A stretch of 64,000 bases of DNA from Spirochaetia bacterium (GTDB lineage: Bacteria > Spirochaetota > Spirochaetia > SZUA-6 > Bin103), in NCBI GenBank assembly GCA_965203905.1, contig CBDBDQ010000005.1, forward strand, positions 2,080,001-2,144,000, written 5' to 3'. Positions 34,657 to 44,038 of the stretch are shown here, in pieces. Within the stretch, counting starts at the first letter, position 1, and the number at the start of each line of letters is the position of its first letter. Made by a program: the position numbers and the translations under genes. The notes beneath the pieces are model-generated. The model worked only from the letters and a program-made list of their open reading frames with translations, did not search any database and was not told the DNA's origin.

Positions 34657-35266
34657 GCGCGGCCTGCGCCGGTCGCCAACGCGGCGGCCGCTTGCTCTAC
34701 GGCGCGCCAGTAGGTGTCATGCTCGACCGCAAGCACGCGCCGCGCCAGGGTTTCGGGCGAGTCGTCGGCGTGCACCGCGACCTCGCGCTGCAGCAGGATC
34801 GATCCGGCGTCGTACTCCTCGGTGACCCAATGCACCGTGACCCCGGTCTCGCGCTCGCCCGCCGCCAGCACCGCGCGGTGGGGTGCCAGGCCGTACATGC
34901 CGGCACCGCCGTGGCGCGGCAGCAGCGCCGGGTGGATGTTCAGAATCCGGCCCCGCCAACACCGTACCAGCTCCGCCGGCAGGCGCTTCAGATAGCCGGC
35001 CAGCACGATCAACTCGACGCCGTGGCCGCGGAGGATCTCCCGCAGGCGGGCGGAGAGCATCTGCGGCCGGGGATGGGTGCGGCTCGACACGTGGTAGCAC
35101 GGGAGCCCGCGGCCGCGCGCCAGCGCCATCACTCCTGCGCCGCTGTTGTTGCCGATCAGGCAGCGGTAGTCGGGCCGTACCGTGCCGGTGTAGCGGTGAT
35201 CCAGCAAGGCGGCGACGTTGCTGCCGGAGCCGGACGCGAACAGTGCCACCGGCAGCGTGGAGACAC
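34638..35266 (-). CDS. purN: phosphoribosylglycinamide formyltransferase
   Basis: ASGSGSN, LAGY, NIHPALLP, GVTVHWV, YDAG. Confidence 0.93.
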
Positions 35267-35295
35267 CGCGTCGCCCGTCCACCGTCGCGCTCCGC

Positions 35296-38001
35296 TCAGG
35301 TGCGGGCGGCGAACTCGGCGGCCCGTACCTGGAACTGTCCGGCGGCCAGGGACTCATCTTCCACCAGCTCGAAGCCCTCGGCCCGCACCGCGCTGATCAC
35401 GTCGCCCGCCACCGCCTCCGCGACGCGGACTGTGCTCGGATGGGCGGCGAGCCGGATCGAGTCGACCGCCCGCGCCACCGACACGGCGGCCTGCGTCTTG
35501 TGCCGGTGGATCGCCGCCAGGCACGCCTTGGCGACGGCAAAACTGTCGCCGTCGGCGGGCTCCCCGAGGGGGCCGAATTCGGCGGCCGCGGGCCACGCGG
35601 CACGATGCACCGAGCAGGCGGCGGGAAGCGGGCCGGCCCCGTCGCTGCCGTCCTGTTGCGCCACTATGCGCGGCGCGTAGTCCCACGACCACACCTCCTC
35701 GGTGATGTACGGCAGCACCGGCGCGAACAGGCGCACCAGCACGCGCAAGGCGAAGTCCAGGGCGGCCACGGCCGAAGCGCGCGCCGCTGCGCTCACGTCG
35801 CCGCTGCCCTTGGCCCGATTCTTGGCCAGCTCGATGTAGGAGTCGGTGAAGTTGTCCCAGAAGAACTCCTCGGTGTGGGCCAGGGCGGTGGCGTAGTCGA
35901 AGTCGTCGAACGCCACGCTCGCCCGCTGCACCAGGGCGCGGAGCTGTTGCAGGAAGGCACGGTCCAACTCCTCGCTCACCGCTTCCGCAACGGGGCGCTC
36001 CCCCAGCTCGGCGTGGGCGGCGGCTACGATGGCGGTCACGAACTTGCCCGCGTTGTACAGCTTGGTGACCAGCCGGCGGCCGATCTTGAACACCGACTCG
36101 TCGTAGGCGGTATCCACCCCCAGCCGGGCGCTGGCCGCCCAGTAGCGCGCCGCGTCGGCATGGTGGGTGTCGATGATCTGCTGCGGAGTGACCGTGTTGC
36201 CGCGGCTCTTGGACATCTTCTTGCGGTCCGGGTCGAGGATCCAGCCGGAAATCAGGGCGTGACGCCAGGGGATGGTGTCGAAGTGCAGGTGCGCCTTGGC
36301 GATGGTGTAGAACGCCCAGGTGCGGATGATGTCGTGCGCCTGGGGCCGGATGTCCATTGGCGACAGCCGTTCGTGGCGCTCCGGATCGAGGATCCAGCCG
36401 CTGCCGATCTGCGGGGTCAGGGAGCTGGTGAACCAGGTGTCGAACACGTCCGCCTCGGCGGTGAATCCATTTGGCCGGTCGCGTTGCCCGGGCTCGTAAC
36501 CGGGCGGCGTGTCGCTCAGCGGGTCCACCGGCAGCGCCTCCAGTGGCGCCAGCAACGGCCGCTCGTAATTCGGCGTACCACGCTCGTCGAGGGCGTACCA
36601 CACCGGAAACGGTACGCCAAAAAAACGCTGGCGGCTGATGCACCAGTCGAACTGCAGGTTCTCGGTCCAGTTGACGTAGCGGCTCAGCATGTAGCCGGGG
36701 TGCCACTGGATCTCGCGGCCGCGCTCGATCAGCTCCCGGCGCTTGTCGGTGAGGCGCACGAACCACTGCCGGGTGGTGATGAACTCCAGCGGCCGGTCGC
36801 CCTGCTCGTAGTAGCGCACGGTGTGCTCGATGGGGCGCGGCTCGCCGCGCAGGGGCGGCCGGTCGCCGGCGGCGGCGGCGCCCGCGTCGCGGAGCTGGGA
36901 AACGATGGCGGCGCGCGCCTGGCGCAGGTTCTTGCCGGCCAGCTCGGAGTAGTAGCGGTTGGCTGCGTCGGGGTCGGCGCTGTCCCACACGCCGCTGCCG
37001 AAGGTGACCGGCTGCAGGCGACCGTCGCGGCCGACGACCTGGCGCAGCGGGAGCCCCTGCTCCTGCCACCACTGCACGTCGGTGGTGTCGCCGAAGGTGC
37101 ATACCATCAGGATGCCGGTGCCCTTCTCGGGGTCCGCCAGCTCGGTGGCGAAGATCGGCACGCGGGCGCGAAACAGCGGGGTGACGGCGCGTTGCCCGAA
37201 CAGATCCCGGTAGCGGGCGTCGTCGGGGTGGGCGGCGACGCCGACGCAGGCGGCGAGCAGCTCCGGGCGGGTGGTGGAGATCACCAGTTCCCGTCCGCTG
37301 CCCTCCGCGGCGAAGGCGATGTCGTGGTAGTGGCCGGCGGTGGGCCGGTCCTGCACCTCGGCCTGGGCCACGGCGGTACGGAAGTCGACGTCCCACATGG
37401 TGGGCGCCTCGGCCGAGTACAGGTGGCCCTTGCGGTATAGGTCCAGGAAGCTGTACTGGGCCAGGTGGCGGCTGGCGTCGTTGATGGTGGCGTACTCTTC
37501 GTTCCAGTCCACCGACAGGCCGATGGTCTGCCACACGCCCATGAACGCACGCTCATCCTCCCGCGTGACCAGCGCGCACAACTCGATGAAGTTGCGCCGC
37601 GACACCGGCCGCGGCGGTGACTTGAACGCCTTGCCGGTAGCCATCGACAGCTCCAGGCCGGGCTCGTAGGGGTGGCTCGGGTCGCAGCGCACGTGGAAGT
37701 AGTTCTGCACCCGGCGCTCGGTGGGCAGCCCGTTGTCGTCCCAACCCATGGGGTAGAACACGTGCTTGCCGAGCATGCGCTGGTAGCGGGTGACGACATC
37801 GGCCTGGGTGTAGCTGAACACGTGGCCGACGTGCAGCGAGCCGGACACGGTGGGCGGCGGCGTGTCCACCACGAACGCCTGGTCGCGGCGGTGGTTCGGA
37901 TCGTAGCGGTACACGCCGGCGGCCTCCCACCAGCGGCGGAAGTGCTGCTCCCGGCTCGCGGCGTCGTAGTGGCGGGGTAGCTTGCTGGGGTCGAAGGACA
38001 T
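35296..38001 (-). CDS. valS: valine--tRNA ligase
   Basis: DTPPPTVSGSLHVGH, GWDDNGLPTE, DWCISRQ, KMSKS. Confidence 0.96.
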   Translation of the reverse strand: MSFDPSKLPRHYDAASREQHFRRWWEAAGVYRYDPNHRRDQAFVVDTPPPTVSGSLHVGHVFSYTQADVVTRYQRMLGKHVFYPMGWDDNGLPTERRVQNYFHVRCDPSHPYEPGLELSMATGKAFKSPPRPVSRRNFIELCALVTREDERAFMGVWQTIGLSVDWNEEYATINDASRHLAQYSFLDLYRKGHLYSAEAPTMWDVDFRTAVAQAEVQDRPTAGHYHDIAFAAEGSGRELVISTTRPELLAACVGVAAHPDDARYRDLFGQRAVTPLFRARVPIFATELADPEKGTGILMVCTFGDTTDVQWWQEQGLPLRQVVGRDGRLQPVTFGSGVWDSADPDAANRYYSELAGKNLRQARAAIVSQLRDAGAAAAGDRPPLRGEPRPIEHTVRYYEQGDRPLEFITTRQWFVRLTDKRRELIERGREIQWHPGYMLSRYVNWTENLQFDWCISRQRFFGVPFPVWYALDERGTPNYERPLLAPLEALPVDPLSDTPPGYEPGQRDRPNGFTAEADVFDTWFTSSLTPQIGSGWILDPERHERLSPMDIRPQAHDIIRTWAFYTIAKAHLHFDTIPWRHALISGWILDPDRKKMSKSRGNTVTPQQIIDTHHADAARYWAASARLGVDTAYDESVFKIGRRLVTKLYNAGKFVTAIVAAAHAELGERPVAEAVSEELDRAFLQQLRALVQRASVAFDDFDYATALAHTEEFFWDNFTDSYIELAKNRAKGSGDVSAAARASAVAALDFALRVLVRLFAPVLPYITEEVWSWDYAPRIVAQQDGSDGAGPLPAACSVHRAAWPAAAEFGPLGEPADGDSFAVAKACLAAIHRHKTQAAVSVARAVDSIRLAAHPSTVRVAEAVAGDVISAVRAEGFELVEDESLAAGQFQVRAAEFAART

Positions 38002-38162
38002 GATGGCTATCAAGATACCACCACAGGTGGCGTCTCACGGTCGCGGAAAAGCGCGACCCTTGTCAATTCCCGCAGCGCGGCAGCGAGTCACGGGAGCAAG
38101 GGCTGGCTACCACTGATCGGTTGGCCACCGTATCATGGCGCGTGATACAGGTTGCTGCGCCG

Positions 38163-38916
38163 GTGAACGAGGCTCCACCATACCGGATCACCCCGGAAAT
38201 AGTGTCCCTGATCGAACGGATCGGCGAGGGAATCGGGCGCGCCGAGGCTGCCGGCGTCGCTCAGGACCTCCGGCTGCGGCGCATCAACCGCATCCGAACG
38301 ATCCAGGGCTCACTGGCGATCGAGGGAAACACGCTGAGCGAACGGCAGGTGGCCACCCTGCTCGACGGCAAGCCGGTCGTGGCCCCGTTGCGGGAGATCC
38401 AGGAGGCGCGCGACGCCATCAAGGCATACGACCGGTACGAAGGATGGGCGCCGGACAGTCGGAGCGACCTGCTGAGTGCGCACCATGTTCTGATGGCCGG
38501 TCTGCTGGATGCGTCCGGGCCGCTACCGCCGTGGCGAGGTGATGGTCGGGGGAGCTGAAGGGGTGCAGCACATCGGCCCTCCAGCCGCCCGTGTACCGGA
38601 GTTGATGGCCAACCTGCTGCAATGGGTTGGCAGCACCGAGGAGCATCCGCTGATCGCCGGTTCGGTGTTCCACTACGAGTTCGAGTTCATCCATCCGTTC
38701 GAGGATGGGAACGGGCGGATGGGGCGGCTGTGGCAGACGCTGATCCTGACCCGCTGGCGGGACCTGTTCGCCCATCTTCCGGTAGAGAGCATGGTTCATG
38801 CTCATCAGAGCGCGTACTACGACGCCATCCGGCAGAGTTCGGCGGCGGGCGAGAGCACGACCTTCATCGCCTTCATGCTGGAGATGATCCGGCTGGCCGT
38901 AACCGAGCAGACCTGA
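38163..38916 (+). pseudogene. Fic family protein, frameshifted
   Basis: N-half (NRIRTIQGSLAIEGNTL) and C-half (HPFEDGNGRMGR Fic motif) are in different frames; extra base near 38514 (GCG T CCG GGC CGC TAC). Confidence 0.85.
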
Positions 38917-38946
38917 ACCGGCTGGGTGAGCGGGATTCCGATAACG

Positions 38947-39149
38947 ATGACCTTTTCCGAGTGATCGAAGCGATCGATCGGTTGTCCCACGATGAACAGG
39001 AAGCTCTCCTGGATATTGTACGGCGCCGCGTGTCCGAGGCACGTCGATCGCGTCTGATCCGGGCGGTCCGGGAAGCTCGACGAGATTATTCCGCGGGCGA
39101 CTTCCGCGTCGCCACTCCCAGTGAACTGGCACGTGATATATCCGAATGA
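38947..39149 (+). pseudogene. small helical antitoxin-like gene, frameshifted
   Basis: ATG ACC TTT TCC GAG TGA; adding one G gives MTFSEVIEAIDRLSHDEQEALLDIVRRR...; stop overlaps the toxin ATG. Confidence 0.6.
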
Positions 39150-39370
39150 ACCATGTGCTGATCAGCACAAGGAGATTCGAACGAGACGCCAGGAACCTGA
39201 CCACGAGACGTCCACAGGTTCGTGCTGACTTCGAGTTCACCTTGGGCTTGCTGGCGGAGGATGCGTTTCACCCCGGTCTCAAGACCCACAAGCTGAAAGG
39301 AGCGCTCGAAGGATCGTATAAGCCTGCAGCGTCTATTGACAGAACAGACTCTCACCAAGAATCCGGCTAA
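39146..39370 (+). pseudogene. RelE/YafQ-like toxin, broken after about codon 58
   Basis: STRRFERD...FHPGLKTHKLKG.LEG; the expected ACSV continuation is out of frame at ~39320 and then stops. Confidence 0.7.
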
Positions 39371-39388
39371 GCCATCGGTACAGCCGGT

Positions 39389-39446
39389 TCAGATAGTGCC
39401 TGACAGGATCGGATGGAGCGGATGGTCCCACGGGCCGCCGACCGTC
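39389..39446 (-). repeat. orphan copy of the phyH-like gene 3' end
   Basis: 39404-39446 matches 44040-44082 at 38 of 43 nt; both encode TVGGPWDHPLHPIL; this copy ends SGTI-stop. Confidence 0.85.
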
Positions 39447-39462
39447 TACGAGGTTCTTCGGA

Positions 39463-40088
39463 TCACCGTCCCGGCCGGTAGTCCCTGGGATCAAGACAAG
39501 CATCGTAGAAGTGCTGGCCCATCGGGAACCAGTCAGTGCGGTCGATCCCTCGTGTCGAGGTCGCGCCCGGCCCGCGCGGAAACGCAGACGCCACCTTCAG
39601 CCATCGGGCGACGCTCCGCGAGATATCGCGGACTTCTCCTGCGACCTCGGACAGATCCTGGTCCTGACTGAACATGATCGCCACATCCAACTCGGCGTTG
39701 CGGGCCATGCGTACAACATCAAGCCCGAGCCACAGGTCGATCCCCTTCTCGCGATCCACGGGGATCTCGTGGACCAAGCCGTCGGGCAGCCGCACACGTT
39801 CCACCCGATAGCGCAGACACCGGATGGTGACGACGATACCGGCCCGTCGCATGGCCGTCAGGCGACGTGTCCAGTAGCCGTGCCACATGGGAGCCCTGTC
39901 CACGGTTGGAGTGCCGGTGTAGAAACGGACACCGTGATTGACCCAGCCTCGATCGGCGCACACGGCGTCGGCGAGCTTGCGCGGATCGTAGTTGGGATGG
40001 TGGTGGCCGAACGCGTCCTTTGCGTGTCGGAAGGTTCTGCCCGTCGATGAACGAAACGGCACGCTTGATTTCGGGGCTCGGCGGGCAT
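39463..40088 (-). pseudogene. NYN (LabA/DUF88, PIN-like) ribonuclease, two frameshifts near the 5' end
   Basis: Reconstructed MPAEPEIKRAVSFIDGQNL-FRHAKDAFG...EKGIDL...FSQDQDL; breaks at ~40073-40076 and ~40031-40034. Confidence 0.85.
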
Positions 40089-40093
40089 GTGGG

Positions 40094-40144
40094 AAAAAAA
40101 ACCCCGCCGGGGCCTTCCGGCAAGTCCGACGGGGGCTTATTGTC
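40094..40144 (-). ncRNA. candidate ~50-nt leader RNA: hairpin plus U8 terminator upstream of the NYN gene
   Basis: CCCCGUCGG/CCGGCGGGG stem, bulge, GCC-GGAA-GGC apical hairpin, U8 ending 5 nt before the NYN ATG. Confidence 0.55.
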
Positions 40145-40148
40145 AAGT

Positions 40149-40178
40149 AGTATAGACGCGCCGGAGGCGGGCTGCCAA
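40149..40178 (-). promoter_or_regulatory. sigma70-type promoter for the leader RNA/NYN unit
   Basis: Minus strand TTGGCA (40178-40173), 18 bp spacer, TATACT (40154-40149). Confidence 0.6.
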
Positions 40179-40312
40179 TCTGCTGTGCGTGCGTGGCAGG
40201 ACTATCCCACGCTACGCGACAAGCCGGCTGCAATCGCTACTCCCGTTGCCCTCGACCGACGCCCAACTGCCCAACCGCACAACCGAGCAACTCGCACCCT
40301 GGCGAGCGCCGA

Positions 40313-41899
40313 TCACGTGGCCCCGTCTGGCGGCGACCCGTCCTCCCGATGCCGGAAGCGGTGGTGGGCTCGACAGCGTAGGCGCAAGTTCCCGGGCTCG
40401 GCGCTGCCGCCGAGCGCAAAGGGAACGATGTGGTCGAGCTCCAGCAGGAAGCGGGACCCGCAGCGCCGTCCGCTGTGCGGATCGACGTAACTGCAGCGGC
40501 CACCGTCGCGGCGCCACACCTCGCGCTTCACTGGTGCCGGGATGTAGCGGGATCGACGCGCCCGGTGGGGCGGCTGCGCACTGCCTCCGGACGGGCCGGA
40601 TGCCTCGCGCTGCGGCCGCGAACGGCCATCGAGTTGGGCTGCTCCTGCCCGCAGCGCCGCCCCTGCCCGCTTCGCCGGCGAAGGAGCGTGGCGACCGCGA
40701 TCCGCCGCTCCCGGCGCGGTCGGCATGCTCTGGTCCGCCGGCGGCGTCGGTACGGAGGCGCGGGACCCACGATCTGTCACCGACTTCGCTGCCGAAGTAG
40801 CGGTACCGGTCGCCACCGCTGCTGGCTTGGCACTCACCGGCGTGCTGCTGCCGCAAGTCTCGCACCCCGACGGCGGCGCGGGCGGCGCTGCCACCGCCGA
40901 GGTGCCGGCGTGGCCAATCCCGCGCGCGGGTTCCTCTGCGGACAGCGCTCCCGGCGCCGGGGTGCTGCCACCGGCGATCGTGCCCTCCGGCGGCGGCACT
41001 GCGGGGTGCTCTTGCGCGCCCCGCTTCGCCGGCGAAGTCGTCCCGTCTGCCGGCCCTTCCTGTTCCTTTGGCTCCGGCGCCTGGCCCGCTTTCGCCTCCC
41101 GGCGCCCACCTCTGCGCCCGCGCGGCGGCCGCCCCGGGTCGTAGCGCTGCAGGCCGTCCTGCACCAGCCGCTCCACCAGTTGCCCCAGCGTCAGGTGCGG
41201 GTCCACGTGCGACAGCAGTACCCGTAGCTGCTCGATCCCGCACTGACACGCGGCGTCGATCACTACCTTCAGCTCCCAGCGGCCCTCGCCCAGCGCCCGC
41301 ATGCGATCGGCCGGTGGCGCCAGCTCGGGAGCCACCCCGGCCAACAACTGCTTCACCTCGCGGGTGCTCTTGCCGCTCGCCTGCGCCACCAGCTCCTGCC
41401 GCTGCGCCGCGTCCAGCGCCGGCAGCGGTCGCGCTGGCGCCGCTGCCCCGGGCCCGGAAGCCCCCGCCTCCAGCGTCGTCCCCGTGCCGAGCGGCAGCAG
41501 CTCCGGTGCCGCGGGTGCCGCGCCGTAGTCCGCGGCGGCGGTCGCCGTGCGCTGCAGGAGATCGAAGGTGTTCTGCAACTGCGCCGCCGCGCTCAGGGAG
41601 AGCGAGCCGTCCTGCAGCCGCTCGCGTGACCCGGCGGTCTCGGAGCACAGGCGCATGGCCTTTATGCGACGCCAAGCGGCACCCTCGCTGTAGCCCAGCT
41701 CGCGGACGGCGTAGTCGAACAGGCTGGAGAACCCGAGGCGCAGGTGGAGGTGGCGGGCGTGGATCTCGCGCAGGTGGTCGAGGACGGCGAGCTGCAGCGC
41801 CTGCTCGTGCAGGACGAGGGACTTGGTGTGTGCCAGCAGCACCTGGTCGGGGAGCCCGGAGAGCGCGGAGGCGAAGCCGGAAGCGGTCGCGGCATCCAT
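40313..41899 (-). CDS. large HNH endonuclease with helical N-terminal domain and low-complexity linker
   Basis: C-term VWRRDGGRC...C...LELDHIVPFALGG...NLRLRCRAHH; N-term LGFSSLFDYAVRELGYSEGAAWRRI. Confidence 0.88.
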   Translation of the reverse strand: MDAATASGFASALSGLPDQVLLAHTKSLVLHEQALQLAVLDHLREIHARHLHLRLGFSSLFDYAVRELGYSEGAAWRRIKAMRLCSETAGSRERLQDGSLSLSAAAQLQNTFDLLQRTATAAADYGAAPAAPELLPLGTGTTLEAGASGPGAAAPARPLPALDAAQRQELVAQASGKSTREVKQLLAGVAPELAPPADRMRALGEGRWELKVVIDAACQCGIEQLRVLLSHVDPHLTLGQLVERLVQDGLQRYDPGRPPRGRRGGRREAKAGQAPEPKEQEGPADGTTSPAKRGAQEHPAVPPPEGTIAGGSTPAPGALSAEEPARGIGHAGTSAVAAPPAPPSGCETCGSSTPVSAKPAAVATGTATSAAKSVTDRGSRASVPTPPADQSMPTAPGAADRGRHAPSPAKRAGAALRAGAAQLDGRSRPQREASGPSGGSAQPPHRARRSRYIPAPVKREVWRRDGGRCSYVDPHSGRRCGSRFLLELDHIVPFALGGSAEPGNLRLRCRAHHRFRHREDGSPPDGAT

Positions 41900-42480
41900 G
41901 GCGTAAATATAATCATGGTTGAGAAATGACCGGTTGCGGCAAGTCCCGGGACGGGCACCTGGAAGGGCTCAGGCCGGCGCTGGCGGGGTGCTGACGGGCC
42001 TGGAGGGCGTGGCGGGATGTTCGAAGGGTCGGAGGGGCCGGAACGTGCGGCAGGAGGCCGTTATGAGCAGCGCCAAACCCGTCAAGTGCTCAGCGAACTT
42101 TTTTTGGCACTTTTTCGCAGAATCCTGCGAATCCTGCCCCGCGGCGCCGACGTGGCAGCAATGCAGCGGCGGAGACCGGCGTTGCGGGGAGGCGGCTCCC
42201 CGTTCATTTCTGGACACATCGTACAGCGAACGAGCCACGCATCCTGAAGGCCGCGATCTGGCAGGCACCAGGGCCATCACCGCCGCTCGGCCACTACCCT
42301 CAGAACGTTCCTGCCTACACGGGATGCAGACGGTTCAGCATGGGATGGCCCTGGTGCGTGGACGTGCGTGGGCGTGCCAAGCAACTCGTGATGACTTCGA
42401 GTTTGATTCTATTACGACGCGCCCGCGCTGGCGTCATAATACTTCAGCCGCTTCGGGTCAGCGATCTCCCGCCAGGATTG

Positions 42481-44038
42481 GGGTGCATTCCGCCAGTGTG
42501 GTGCGGTCAGGCAGCCTCGAGCTGGGTCTGGGTGGATTCTGGGGTGGGCGATGAGGGAAGCAGGCTTGCGTAGTCGTCCCAGAAGCGACGGCTCACCACG
42601 GAGGCGCGGAGCTGGAGCATCTCCTTGGCTCCGTCCAACGACCACGACATGCCACTCTGCTTCATGCGCTTGGCGACCACGTTCTTGCAGGCTCCCTCGA
42701 CTACCCCGCTGCCGATCGGCAGACCGCACGACCGATACAGCGGGTAGTCCATGCGCTGCTGGTTGGCCGTGAAGTAGTTGATCTCGCCCTGGAGCTCGTA
42801 GCACTGCTGCTTGCTGTAGCGCCCACTGGCGTGCAATTCCTGCAGTTCCTTGATTACGGCGGCCACGCACCCCTGGCGCAGCAGGCTGCGCCAGCGCTTG
42901 AAGGATCTCTTGAACTGCTCGCTGCCCTCGCCGTACAACAGCCTGCTGATCTTCCCCAAGTGATCGCAGGCATGCCAGAAATCGAGGATCTGCCACACCT
43001 TCTGCCCGGGTTCGGCCAACTGTGAGATCCGCTCCCATATCCAATGCGCTCCATCGCCCAGAATCACCAGCACCAGCGCTGCCGGGTGAGCGCTGCGCCG
43101 GCTCATTTCCACCTCGATCCGGGGGAAGAACTCGTCAGCATGTTCGATCCCGGTGACATAGGAGGTCTTGGTGCAGTGCGCTACACCCTCCCGGTCCACC
43201 TTCACGGCTGATACCGTGGCTACCTTGGAGTCCCGAAACACGCGATCGTAACTCTTTTTCCCATCTTCAGTTACCCGCTCGTTCGCGCGCGTCGCCACCT
43301 TCCCCGCGTCGATGCCCATGACCATCGTCTCGGTGATCTTCTCGCGCGCCGCCACCGGCTTGTCGGCACGCTCGGCAATCTCCCTCTGGCGTTGCTGCTC
43401 CAACCCGTCAGCGACCGCCCGCACCATCTCGAACGCCTTGTTCATCGATACCAACTCGCGCCCGTCGGGCCGCAACACCTCGTGAAATTGCTCCAGCCCC
43501 TGCTGGTAGGAGTGTTCGGCACAGAACCGCGCCATGAAGTACTGGCACCCAGGCGTGTACCCGCCCGCGATACCCAGTTGCTCTGCCCGCGGCACCCACC
43601 CCTTGCCGCTGCCACCGAGCGGCGCATAGTAGGCGCGCACCAAGGTGATCAGACCAAACAGCCCGTGGATCGCCTTCTGCCGTTTCCCGACAAAGCGGTA
43701 CCGCACCTCGCCGCGGGTGGCCCGCGCACCGACATACCCATCACCGAGTTGCTTACCCCAGCGCTGCATCGCGGCGCGCCCCAGCTCGATCAGCGACTTC
43801 AGCAAACACAACTCGGCCGTCAGCAGGTCTCGGTCCCTGCTGTCGGGGCTTAGATCGACTCCGTACGCGGTCTTGCAAAAACGGAGCAACTCCGTTACCA
43901 AGGTCTCACTCATTTTAGTCCCCTCCCAGAGACGGGTAGATGCTTACCACATCATCGAATCTCTGGGAGGGGGTCTCTCTATTAACTCTATTTCCCGTAC
44001 CACAGATGCCGCAGGTGCCACAGAGAAAGAATGCACCC
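42481..44038 (-). mobile_element. ISKra4-like insertion sequence, 1558 bp, 9-bp target duplication
   Basis: Terminal IRs GGGTGCATTC (42481-42490) / GAATGCACCC (44029-44038); direct repeat CCAGGATTG at 42472-42480 and 44039-44047. Confidence 0.92.
42507..43913 (-). CDS. ISKra4-family DDE transposase
   Basis: LGDGAHWIW, ILDFWHACDHL, YFTANQQRMDY, PIGSGVVEGACK, KRMKQSGMSW. Confidence 0.92.
   Translation of the reverse strand: MSETLVTELLRFCKTAYGVDLSPDSRDRDLLTAELCLLKSLIELGRAAMQRWGKQLGDGYVGARATRGEVRYRFVGKRQKAIHGLFGLITLVRAYYAPLGGSGKGWVPRAEQLGIAGGYTPGCQYFMARFCAEHSYQQGLEQFHEVLRPDGRELVSMNKAFEMVRAVADGLEQQRQREIAERADKPVAAREKITETMVMGIDAGKVATRANERVTEDGKKSYDRVFRDSKVATVSAVKVDREGVAHCTKTSYVTGIEHADEFFPRIEVEMSRRSAHPAALVLVILGDGAHWIWERISQLAEPGQKVWQILDFWHACDHLGKISRLLYGEGSEQFKRSFKRWRSLLRQGCVAAVIKELQELHASGRYSKQQCYELQGEINYFTANQQRMDYPLYRSCGLPIGSGVVEGACKNVVAKRMKQSGMSWSLDGAKEMLQLRASVVSRRFWDDYASLLPSSPTPESTQTQLEAA

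Noticed and set aside
39404-39446. phyH-end duplicate as the IS target duplication or a DGR template/variable repeat
   Set aside because: The IS has its own 9-bp TSD; the mismatches are synonymous rather than adenine-specific, and no RT is present.
40261-40292. Four degenerate 8-bp units (GCCCAACT GCCCAACC GCACAACC GAGCAACT) downstream of the HNH gene
   Set aside because: Too short and degenerate to call an array; likely slippage.
40313-41899. IscB/Cas9-like RNA-guided nuclease
   Set aside because: No RuvC motifs or PLMP N-terminus; the HNH domain is C-terminal and alone.
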